A stretch of DNA of 64,000 nucleotides from a virus (lineage: Duplodnaviria; Caudoviricetes). Positions within the stretch are counted from its first letter, which is position 1, and each line of letters opens with the position of its first letter. The DNA lies in IMG/VR virus record IMGVR_UViG_3300002092_001784, positions 192,001 through 256,000 of that record; one strand, given 5' to 3'. Below, in pieces: positions 32,501 through 38,858 of the stretch. The notes under the pieces were generated by a model. That model saw only the letters and a list, made by a program, of their open reading frames with translations. It searched no databases and was not told the origin of the DNA. Made by a program: the position numbers and the translations under genes.

Positions 32501-33969
32501 GTATAAAATCAACGTCTGGTGTAATTGGTGGTTGGAATTTGGGAGTATCTACATTATCAGGCACTAATATGGTTTTGACTTCTGGTACAACACCATCTAT
32601 TTCAATCGCACAAGCTAGTCCAGCGTATAACACTAGTGGTGTATTTATGGGATATAATGGTACTAGTGGGTTATTATCATTGGTAGGTGGTTCTAATTCA
32701 TTTGTATGGAATGGCTCAGCATTGGCTATAAATTCCGGCACATTCGCATTGGATTCTACGGGAAAGGTGACCGCCACAAATGGTTCATTTTCGGGTACGG
32801 TGAATGCATCCAACGGTAGTTTTACTGGAACTGTTTTTGCATCTGGAGGTAATATTGGTGGTTGGAATATAAATTCAACTCAAATTACTATTCCAAACTC
32901 AATAACATTAGATTCATCAACAAAACAAATTATATTAAATGATTCGGCTGGGACTCCGAGAGTTACATTGAGTACCAATGCAAGTTTATCTAATTTAATA
33001 GCAGGTGGAACTGGTGCTAGTGGTACTAAAACTTTAGGACAATTAGCTGCAAATGCATCAACAAATGTAGAATACACTTCCGCTGCTGTTGCTACAATTA
33101 CATCAACAACTTCCGGAAAGGTATATACCGTAACAGCCACAACGACAGGAAATAATGGACAGACATTTTGGCAAATAACCGCACCAAGTACCACCGCAAT
33201 GAGTACAAATGGTGGTTCGTATCGAATATATTTATTTAACGGTACTACAAGCATTAATGTACTTACGTTTAATACTACTGGTTTGGCTGGCAATACACCA
33301 CTTACTCAAACTTTTCAATCGGATGGAGCTACCAATACAGTATCATTTACTGGAGATGGTACAACATGGAATTTATATGTTGCCGCATCTATTATATTTT
33401 CACCAACAACCGGTGTAAATACATTATTAAACAATCCGGCATTTAATTGGTCTTGGGCAAATCCAATTGGAGCAACTGAAATATTGGCAGGCGGTATGCA
33501 AGTTGTATATGATTCGACTCACTATGTACAGATGCCACGTACCGGTGCAGCAACAACTTTGGTAGTTGCCGGAAACATTACTGCAACTGGAACTATTACA
33601 CCTGGGACATCTGATAGAAGATTAAAAACTAATATAATTAATATAGATGGCGCACTTGATAAACTGAATAAAATAAATGGAATTTATTTTAATTTTAATG
33701 ATATTGCAAATAATTTTGTACCATTTTATGGAAATAAAAAACAAATAGGTGTAATCGCACAAGAAGTTAGTGAAATATTTCCTGATATTGATGGTATTGC
33801 ACCACTTGCGCCATTTGATAATGATGGCAATGATAATTCTAAATCCGGTCAAAACTATTTAACAGTTCAATATGAAAAAATAGTTCCACTTCTTATAGAA
33901 GGTATCAAAGAATTGTCCAAAAAAGTAGATGATTTACAATTTCAAATAATCAGTGGCTCAAAAATATAA
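23536..33969 (+). CDS. Giant modular tail fibre / receptor-binding protein with C-terminal S74 intramolecular chaperone
   Basis: Ser/Thr/Gly-rich repeated modules, GTAGSS linkers, IGGW beta repeats, SDRRLKTNI...IGVIAQEV...YEKIVPLLIEGIKEL chaperone domain. Confidence 0.85.
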   Translation: MARIKKYSPNIDPHLTNYATFIVDTNPNSDYFKITEFKEAFTGGKNGFLIEGSEHLLETTEIKIEILDVDGNPIYYEPGQGVPEYYEGLSKVVAVYIYEDTPIGTAKITILGELKTYNTNGVVQTIPAEWQNLYNVKWEKTFKVNRLLSNEDKVRFYKRPQVQIEELVKPLYSTTLNQITQNGIVNGTPLSPVEGQDLTNYKLATFYRLTATDTTAWTGSIVGTSLSFPDINYYPLADEVINTNELIVSTPYTSGSIVQSFVSQSYTASFSLLSGISASTVTGSFAKMTISDLTTFVGDVARVKVFRLSASDVGDYQFVQEVVLESNELLVDLNTTNSLQEYYGIFTQPILETYWVTSSNNLVTTFDQSYLYDSARFNGTDIPNYFYTVDTIPITAGVEYTLDFNVRLSQNVSSSYYISAFLSGSRQTTVNGIPTTIQINQPIATINSSDSLLQKSTSTSNINAESIDNAKLYFEIVGSGWYIANVSFKASQETAFSPDVISFIQSVPRSLPTETFNYRFEFYDINNNYIPVKVEASKTFTGGNQQALTKTLRLLPNNLYFQFDSASKAVPPTTINFNIQSTGITSSFNYTSRSFDISGFPVSQSLYIGGQYPGLLQFDSSSNAYLTVGNFTGSNPAVSVQYIEYTVESEGVTDSTVITKMVSGASGLPGADGAPAVTYTIRPYNGTAIRNSSTASLEVQAVKTIGSADILLSSTAIDNAGIVKLHVLSGSKYIPLDSASAAGYVVGLKTGSIGTHEINYNPIFYRESITNEIVLYLMPASANPLPSQIYTSLTLQDLQDGLNPGSLSTTGDMLTSDYTVSTVFSPTKGAATASFFLRGTTTNPIVACVDVYPSMSYDSNFLPRYWLYYTTGSVNPTISVQAVDDNKNIVQMGALGSYTADLAKQSKNISFTFTYTEPYTQATATANKTFTIVPSARAGYDAVSFELTPPTIVLNADAKGNILDYSPTITDLRVKQGVNYLTFTGSGAGGTFYTSSAITSVNITKGTLSSSTASLHLGVASNSTKLSGSITYPITYHPFFTQSSYTTTITQPISTVLAGAPPINIIVSPSAYNFTGDQNGVINNYTGSNTKIQIQEGTDYLVYTTTPGPGTFQLSSATFNNITASSIVGSGNTVNVTGFSNMNPLITTASVNYNFVVHPYSIYPGYSIGTSSLSTTQIFTRVNAGPTGSSGTSGADPVVITINPTTVVLGADPMGVVTGSGYLPTVTDITLMQGTRYLAFTSSKQTGSFYTSSAIVGAGITVGQLSGSYTASLHLGTASLMVTGSSLTASITYPLVIYPYNSSSYTTTVTQQITKAVQGGYPITVNLNPTAVSLPADYTGHITDYTPANTQITVTEGPHSSVFTASGAPGTFQMLAAIADGWSSYPSPAVGDNTLTASYSGSTATGNWVMADNIDAASINYLMLVYPYSLTSYATLVSKTQTFSKSKAGAAGVSGTSGNSAKTLMLSATSQIFTKSKTGTISPSAIGFTAKKQNLTGTTTFQSNPSGLLSSIVGDTAVLTSTDFGSNTSVAITASVVDGATTYYDYMTVALVSDGGNALTAVLSNEAVGIPADYSGNVLSYNGSGTVIYLYEGSTQLDYTASNSFNNGSWTVSAASVGINDAVITDTGTTATVSDYTQMGYGINNATVTFTITGRTQNGSLFSALSKTQVITKVLQGISAKNLSINASSFTFSSNAVGAVTPTSILFSATKQNITAPVTYTSVPSATFTNLVNDTATLTYSNFSSAVGSATSLIVTASCTDGAVTYYDYTTISLIKDGTNTLTPVLSNEAVAIPVDSSGNVISYAGTGTQLYVYQGTTPLNYVLQFPTASGYWTAVPIGTNIIVSSGVSGDISASYADYSGLTVGATGATVNFIISGTGLNGSSFSGLSKLQTIATVKSGTSGTAGSSGTAGSSGTAGSSGTAGLSGRVLRLTTPSQVFTKLKTGVITPTSISLTAIPQNIVGTSAYATFYSSSVVPAGPMSVVGNVATITSANFTGSSGTNASMIVTASMYDTTTLTTYSDYMTVALVTEGSDAITAVLSNEAVAFASDINGTISPANYAGSGTKIYVYQGATQLDYTGSSPTASSWTTVATVNGINSPVITDGGTFAVIADYTSMTSDAASASFAITGYGQNGSSFSPITKIQSFVKAKSGTNGTAGSSGTAGLSGRVLRLASPSQVFTKLKTGAITPTSITLTANTQNIAGTNSPSGLAGKTLTLTSGTVPQIFTKTGTTLSPTQMVLTANPQNIVSASGTFVTFTTSSVGSAGPLTIVGNVATLPSASMGANTYMGITASMYDITTGATYSDYITVPVVVSSATTITPVLTNEYHLVPVDNNGGVISLAGSGTSIYVYQGATALTYVTGPTTANGQWTMTAVANGVSSPVIGGSGTTFATIGQYSSMTANTATVTFTISGKQSGGTAFGPITKTQTLLQVKSDISDVATFTFSSITPAGPLNIIGNNATITSANFTGSAGNNTAMVVTASIYDTATNSNYYDYMTVALVNEGTDGITAVLSNEAQTFASDINGNVLASSFVGSGTNIYVYQGATQLQYTGSSPTASSWTVVATPTGMSTPSITDGGTFAVVADYTSMTSTADSASVSFAITGYGQNGSSFSPITKIQSFTKARSGTNGTAGTAGTAGANAVVITMTPPAQSVPYSSSYGTPVTVQVSVVENGTAYTPTTANPLTVNSTYRITAVSGCTVNAVTGVVTPTTPSALTGTTAVFSVQYRDSKGIISGTINQTHIVTVVPSGDPGPGVVYRGAYVSTVVYYYTPTRRDVVSYGGVYYLANNTAKSGTNGWATPTGTGDWANFGATFTSVATDILFAQDVYANRTINIGASGATPVIALNSDNAGAGANPSIRISNSGYNTTGIFIGYDLTVPKLSLKSAGGSYLTWDNSSLTISGSITATNGTVGGWTIGSTALQSPAVSPKAVLTAGSTPSLSLGQSTIGYGNVGVFLGYTGTIAQLSLSGSTGGLTWDGTSLAITGSIKSTSGVIGGWNLGVSTLSGTNMVLTSGTTPSISIAQASPAYNTSGVFMGYNGTSGLLSLVGGSNSFVWNGSALAINSGTFALDSTGKVTATNGSFSGTVNASNGSFTGTVFASGGNIGGWNINSTQITIPNSITLDSSTKQIILNDSAGTPRVTLSTNASLSNLIAGGTGASGTKTLGQLAANASTNVEYTSAAVATITSTTSGKVYTVTATTTGNNGQTFWQITAPSTTAMSTNGGSYRIYLFNGTTSINVLTFNTTGLAGNTPLTQTFQSDGATNTVSFTGDGTTWNLYVAASIIFSPTTGVNTLLNNPAFNWSWANPIGATEILAGGMQVVYDSTHYVQMPRTGAATTLVVAGNITATGTITPGTSDRRLKTNIINIDGALDKLNKINGIYFNFNDIANNFVPFYGNKKQIGVIAQEVSEIFPDIDGIAPLAPFDNDGNDNSKSGQNYLTVQYEKIVPLLIEGIKELSKKVDDLQFQIISGSKI
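29242..29307 (+). repeat. In-frame 18-nt tandem repeat encoding (GTAGSS)3-GTAG in the tail fibre
   Basis: GGTAC(G/A)GCAGGTAGTAGT x3 plus a partial copy. Confidence 0.9.
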
Positions 33970-34012
33970 AACATATATATTTATATACAGTTATAACTAA
34001 AACAAATAATTT

Positions 34013-34300
34013 ATGGCATTAAAGACAGAAGAATTAAAAAGGGATATTTACGAAAAGATTATCTCAAACCAACAATCCGCAAATGAAGCAATTTCATTGT
34101 TAGGACAGATACATCTTAAAATTAAAGAATTGAAAGATGGTATCAAACAGTTGGAATCTGAACAGTTATCCAATGAATCTAAATTTATACAGTCAGACAA
34201 AACTCTAACTGAAATTATACGTTCTTTGGAATTAAAATATCCAAACGGAGAGATTGATCTAAAAACAGGTACAGTAACTTACGATTCTGACCAACAATAA
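34013..34300 (+). CDS. Small coiled-coil protein after the fibre gene (possible assembly chaperone)
   Basis: Heptad pattern ending LKYPNGEIDLKTGTV; ATATTTATA motif at 33977. Confidence 0.5.
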   Translation: MALKTEELKRDIYEKIISNQQSANEAISLLGQIHLKIKELKDGIKQLESEQLSNESKFIQSDKTLTEIIRSLELKYPNGEIDLKTGTVTYDSDQQ

Positions 34301-34332
34301 TTTGGAAATGTGAAATATTTTTAGTATCTTTG
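34301..34332 (+). promoter_or_regulatory. Bacteroidota-type sigma70 promoter upstream of the glycosylation cluster
   Basis: TTTG(34301) - 20 nt - TATCTTTG(34325-34332), a full consensus match. Confidence 0.75.
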
Positions 34333-34356
34333 TACTAATAACTATACTTAAAATTT

Positions 34357-36531
34357 ATGCGCAAACAAAAGTTACTTTACGTTGCACCTCATTTATCTAC
34401 GGGTGGACTTCCACAATATCTTTATAAACAAATAACACATTTTAGTGATGAATTTGAAATCGAAGTTGTGGAAGTCCATAATATGGGCGGTGAGGTATTT
34501 GTAGTTCAAAAGAACCGAATACGAAATACCGTTCCACTTCACACTCTTGGTGAAAACAAATCTGAAATATTGGATATTATAACTCAGTTTCAACCCGATG
34601 TTATACATTTTCAAGAAATACCCGAATATGATATTGCTACTAATATTTTGGATACTATTTTCTCAAAAAATAGAAAGTATTTCATTATAGTAACCACACA
34701 TGGTTCTAATACCAATCCAGAAACAATATCATACCACCCGGACAAATACGTTTTAGCATCCGAATGGAGTAGACGACGGTTTGAAATAACTGGAGTGCCA
34801 ACCGATGTATGGGAGTATCCAATATATGATATTCGTACTGAAATTGGACTGACCAAAGAAGAAGCACAACGGAAATTAGAATTAGACCCGACATGGAAGC
34901 ATGTACTTAATGTTGGATTATTCACACAAGGTAAAAATCAGGCAGAGATATTTGCTATGGCTAGGCAGTTGGAAAAATATAAAATAAAATTCCACTTTGT
35001 TGGCAATCAGGCGGGTAATTTTGAATCATATTGGAAACCTCTAATGGATTATAAGCCAGATAATTGTGTTGTGTGGGGTGAACGAACTGATACTGATACA
35101 TTTTATGCGGCATGTGATTTGTTTTACTTTAGTTCTAAATTGGAATTGAATCCGTTATCGGTTAAGGAAGCGCTTTCATTTGATATGCCATGCCTTTTCC
35201 GCAAATTAGAAACTTATTTGGACAGCTATGATAATAATGAACTTGTCACATATATAACAGATGATGTAAACATAACCAAACGAATCCTATTGGAAAAACT
35301 ACAACCGGAATTAAATGAAGTTGTTGGGTGGTTTTCATATGATTATCTATATGATAGTATGGTTAATTCTGTCAAAACTCCAGTTGAATTTGTTGAGGTT
35401 GGTGCATGGCTGGGTAAATCTACAAACTATATGGCAACTCGCATTAGGGAATCGGGAAAACCAATTCATTTTACAACAGTTGATACTTGGAAAGGTACGG
35501 ATGATGAAGAACTACATCAGAATATAGTAAATACGTTTAACGGTGATATTTTTTATGAATTTATTGATAACACAGTTATATCTAAAAACTACGGAACATT
35601 TGATTGTATAAAAGATACATCGGAGAACGCTTCAAAACTGTTTGCAAATAATTCGATTGATTTTATTATGTTGGATGCTGGTCATTCATATGAATCGGTT
35701 AGAGATGATTTGAAATATTGGTATCGTAAAGTTAAACCCGGAGGAATTATTTCTGGAGATGATTATCGTATTATGTTTGAGGGAGTAACTAGGGCAGCCG
35801 ATGAATACTTTTACGGACAAGTTGAACATTCAAACCTTCAATTTGTTAGAAAAAAACCAAAGATTCAAATTTTACACCTATTGACCAGACCCGATGATAT
35901 GAGGGAGAGGGTTAGTATTGCTTCGTTAAAACAGTTGGAACAGTACGGTATGAAATATACTCAAATGGTTAATACACCTTATGATGGGTTGCCGCCAAAA
36001 GAACATTGTTCGAGACCCGATGCAATAAGTGATACTCCTAGGTACTTAGGAAACGGATTTGGAACTATAACTGGTAGACACTATGGCTGTTATCTTGCTC
36101 ATAGGGGAGCGTTAGAAGCAATGAGTGATGAGTATGATTATACTCTTATATTTGAAGCAGATGCTTTCATTTATACCGGTCTGGAAGAATTTGTGGATAT
36201 TGTACATAAAGCCTGTTTCATATCTGAACGGGATAATGTACCTTATATCGGTTTGGCGAATAATCCATCGTGGAATAAATGGGAAGTTGATGGATTGTTT
36301 AGTAAAACAGATTACAATCAGGATTTAGCACACTGTTACCTAATACCAAATCGTGAAAAAGATTGGTGGATGGACAGAATTGAAGATATTCCTTGGGATG
36401 TGGCTGATTTATGGTATAATAATGTTTTTCTTAACAGACCACGTCCTCGTTATACTACAAATAAAATGTATAGTAAACAGGCAGAGGGATTTTCACTTTT
36501 AGATCAAACAGTTAAAACTTGGAATGAATGA
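34357..36531 (+). CDS. Three-domain protein: GT-B (GT4-like) glycosyltransferase, class I SAM methyltransferase, GT25-like glycosyltransferase
   Basis: LYVAPHLSTGG, LNVGLFTQGKNQ, ELNPLSVKEAL; VEVGAWLGKS, LDAGHSYE...VKPGGIISGDDY; HYGCYLAH...LIFEADA. Confidence 0.72.
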   Translation: MRKQKLLYVAPHLSTGGLPQYLYKQITHFSDEFEIEVVEVHNMGGEVFVVQKNRIRNTVPLHTLGENKSEILDIITQFQPDVIHFQEIPEYDIATNILDTIFSKNRKYFIIVTTHGSNTNPETISYHPDKYVLASEWSRRRFEITGVPTDVWEYPIYDIRTEIGLTKEEAQRKLELDPTWKHVLNVGLFTQGKNQAEIFAMARQLEKYKIKFHFVGNQAGNFESYWKPLMDYKPDNCVVWGERTDTDTFYAACDLFYFSSKLELNPLSVKEALSFDMPCLFRKLETYLDSYDNNELVTYITDDVNITKRILLEKLQPELNEVVGWFSYDYLYDSMVNSVKTPVEFVEVGAWLGKSTNYMATRIRESGKPIHFTTVDTWKGTDDEELHQNIVNTFNGDIFYEFIDNTVISKNYGTFDCIKDTSENASKLFANNSIDFIMLDAGHSYESVRDDLKYWYRKVKPGGIISGDDYRIMFEGVTRAADEYFYGQVEHSNLQFVRKKPKIQILHLLTRPDDMRERVSIASLKQLEQYGMKYTQMVNTPYDGLPPKEHCSRPDAISDTPRYLGNGFGTITGRHYGCYLAHRGALEAMSDEYDYTLIFEADAFIYTGLEEFVDIVHKACFISERDNVPYIGLANNPSWNKWEVDGLFSKTDYNQDLAHCYLIPNREKDWWMDRIEDIPWDVADLWYNNVFLNRPRPRYTTNKMYSKQAEGFSLLDQTVKTWNE

Positions 36532-37685
36532 GTATTTACGATAACTTAAAAAAGAATAATAATAATATAGTTCAAGTTACAAAAGTAAACGATGCAACTA
36601 TTCATTTTGTGAAAGGACCTTTTGTAGAAATTACAGGCCCAAAGCAAGCCGATTATCGAATTGATTTTATTGATAATAATACGGGTAATATATTATATAG
36701 CGGAACGCAGAGTAATAATATGTGGTCTAAATGTAATATTGAATATTTTGTAGATTGGAAGATTGTAATTTATGAAAATGGTGTATTATGGAAAGAATAC
36801 CATTATGATGTAAACGGTAAGCATGTTTATATTGCATTGGATTCAAAAGCATTGGGTGATACGTTGGGCTGGTTTCCAATGGCTGATGAATTTAGAAAAA
36901 AACATAATTGCCGTTTAAGTGTATCCACATTCAACAATAAATTGTTTAGGGGTCAATACCCCGATATTAAATTTGTAGAACCGGGAGAAGTTGTAGATAA
37001 TATTTACGCAATGTATACATTGGGATTGTTTTACAATGAAGATGGCTCGTTGAATATGTTTATGCACCCTAATAATCCACGTGAACAACCAATGCAGAAA
37101 ATGGCATCTGATATATTGGGATTAGAATATAAAGAGGTTCGTCCAAAGTTAAGAACTCGTCCAATCAATATAGATAAAGATTCTAAGCAGATTACGGTAG
37201 GTTTATTTGGAACGGCTCAAGCCAAATTTTGGAATAATCCAAACGGATGGCAAGAAGTTGTGGATTGGTTAAAGGGTAGAGGGTATACTGTTAGGGTATT
37301 ATCCAAAGAACCTGATAACTATATGGGAAATCGAATACCAAAAGGTGTAATTCAACAGGGTGAAGCTCCATTGGTTGATTTAATGGATGAAATGCGGCAA
37401 TCTAAAGCATTTATTGGAATCGGTAGTGGGTTGAGTTGGTTGAGTTGGGCATTGAATGTACCAACTGTTCTGATTAGTGGGTTTTCATACGATTGGGCTG
37501 AAATGCAAGATTGTATAAGAATATCAGCACCAGCTGGAAAATGCCAAGGTTGTTTTAATCGGTTGAGATTGGATGCCGGTGATTGGCATTGGTGTCCCGA
37601 TCATAAAGATACGCCAAAACATTACGAGTGTACAAAAACCATAACAAGCGATATGGTTATAAAAGAATTGGAAAAATTTCTATAA
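36528..37685 (+). CDS. Aah/TibC-like O-heptosyltransferase (GT-B, Cys-rich C-terminus)
   Basis: SKALGDTLGWFP...FRKKHNC, AKFWNNPNGWQEVVDWL, FIGIGSGLSWLSWA, C..C...WCP...ECTK..ITSDMV. Confidence 0.72.
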   Translation: MSIYDNLKKNNNNIVQVTKVNDATIHFVKGPFVEITGPKQADYRIDFIDNNTGNILYSGTQSNNMWSKCNIEYFVDWKIVIYENGVLWKEYHYDVNGKHVYIALDSKALGDTLGWFPMADEFRKKHNCRLSVSTFNNKLFRGQYPDIKFVEPGEVVDNIYAMYTLGLFYNEDGSLNMFMHPNNPREQPMQKMASDILGLEYKEVRPKLRTRPINIDKDSKQITVGLFGTAQAKFWNNPNGWQEVVDWLKGRGYTVRVLSKEPDNYMGNRIPKGVIQQGEAPLVDLMDEMRQSKAFIGIGSGLSWLSWALNVPTVLISGFSYDWAEMQDCIRISAPAGKCQGCFNRLRLDAGDWHWCPDHKDTPKHYECTKTITSDMVIKELEKFL

Positions 37686-37686
37686 T

Positions 37687-38094
37687 ATGAAAGTGTGGAT
37701 GAATGGTTGTTTTGATGTGTTAGGGCATGGACATTTCAAATTGATAAATCATGCAGCATCAATCGGAAATGAAGTTGTAATTGGTATTGATACGGATAGA
37801 CGAGTAAAAATTCTAAAAGATGATACTCGTCCATACCATACAGCAGAAGAACGAAAGTTCAATTTATTATCAATACGAGGTGTTGATAGGGTAATCATAT
37901 TCGATTCTGCTGAAGAATTGGCAGAACTTATAAAAACCGAAGCACCTGATATTTTTTTAATAGGCGAAGATTATATTGGAAAACCGATAGTAGGTGCCGA
38001 ATACGCCAAAGAAATACATTATTTTCCTAGGCAAGAACGATTGAGTACAACAAAAATTTTACAAAATGGAAAAGAAAATATTAGTAATTGGTGA
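37687..38094 (+). CDS. HldE/RfaE domain II-like sugar-phosphate nucleotidyltransferase
   Basis: NGCFDVLGHGH, IGIDTD.RV...K...RP...ER, GEDY, LSTTKI; neighbours favour ADP-heptose over TagD. Confidence 0.72.
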   Translation: MKVWMNGCFDVLGHGHFKLINHAASIGNEVVIGIDTDRRVKILKDDTRPYHTAEERKFNLLSIRGVDRVIIFDSAEELAELIKTEAPDIFLIGEDYIGKPIVGAEYAKEIHYFPRQERLSTTKILQNGKENISNW

Positions 38095-38812
38095 ATCATG
38101 TACGGATGTATTTGTGTATGGTAGTTCAATCCGAAAATCACCTGAAGGTAAAGGACCAGTATTAGTTCCAACTTCAGAAGTTTATTATTCGGGTATGGCG
38201 GCAAATACCTATAATAATCTATTGGCATTGGGAATGGATGCTGCATTATTTTCTCAAAATTCAGAAATTATAAAAACAAGATATATTGATGATGCGAGTG
38301 GTGAATTGTATCTACGAATAGATGAATATGATTCGACAAATCCAATTCAAATGGAATATTTGCCTGATTTGTCCCAATATGATGCCATCGTTATTTCTGA
38401 TTACAATAAAGGATTTTTAACAGAACAAAATATACAAACAATCGCATCTAAACACCCATTGGTAATATTGGATACAAAAAAACAACTAGGTGCTTGGTGT
38501 AAAGATGTTAAATTCATTAAATTGAATAGAACGGAAAGTGAAAAAAACTTACAAACTATTTTAAGTTATAATTGGTTGCGTGAGAAGGTGATAAGTACAT
38601 TGGATAAGGATGGGGCATCATATATGAATAGATTGGTTACCGCAAAACCAGTAGATGTAGTAGATATATCGGGCGCAGGAGATACTTTTGTTGCTGGGTT
38701 TATTAAAGAATACTTAGAATCCAACGATGTATTCAAATCAATCGAATTTGCTAATGAATGTGCGGCAATAGTAATTGCTCAAAGAGGTATTACTACCATA
38801 CAAAAGGATTAA
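38066..38812 (+). CDS. HldE/RfaE domain I-like PfkB-family heptose kinase
   Basis: ILVIGESCTDVFVYG...SPE...PV, GMAANT..NL, ISDYNKG, DISGAGDTFVA. Confidence 0.78.
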   Translation: MEKKILVIGESCTDVFVYGSSIRKSPEGKGPVLVPTSEVYYSGMAANTYNNLLALGMDAALFSQNSEIIKTRYIDDASGELYLRIDEYDSTNPIQMEYLPDLSQYDAIVISDYNKGFLTEQNIQTIASKHPLVILDTKKQLGAWCKDVKFIKLNRTESEKNLQTILSYNWLREKVISTLDKDGASYMNRLVTAKPVDVVDISGAGDTFVAGFIKEYLESNDVFKSIEFANECAAIVIAQRGITTIQKD

Positions 38813-38826
38813 AATACTATTCTGAT

Positions 38827-38835
38827 ATATTTATA
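38827..38835 (+). promoter_or_regulatory. Putative late promoter of the polyprotein
   Basis: ATATTTATA 23 nt before ATG 38859. Confidence 0.6.
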
Positions 38836-38858
38836 CTCAAACATATTATGCTTAAAAT

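Noticed and set aside
23536-33969. Diversity-generating retroelement target
   Set aside because: No reverse transcriptase or template/variable repeat pair seen; the C-terminus is an S74 chaperone.
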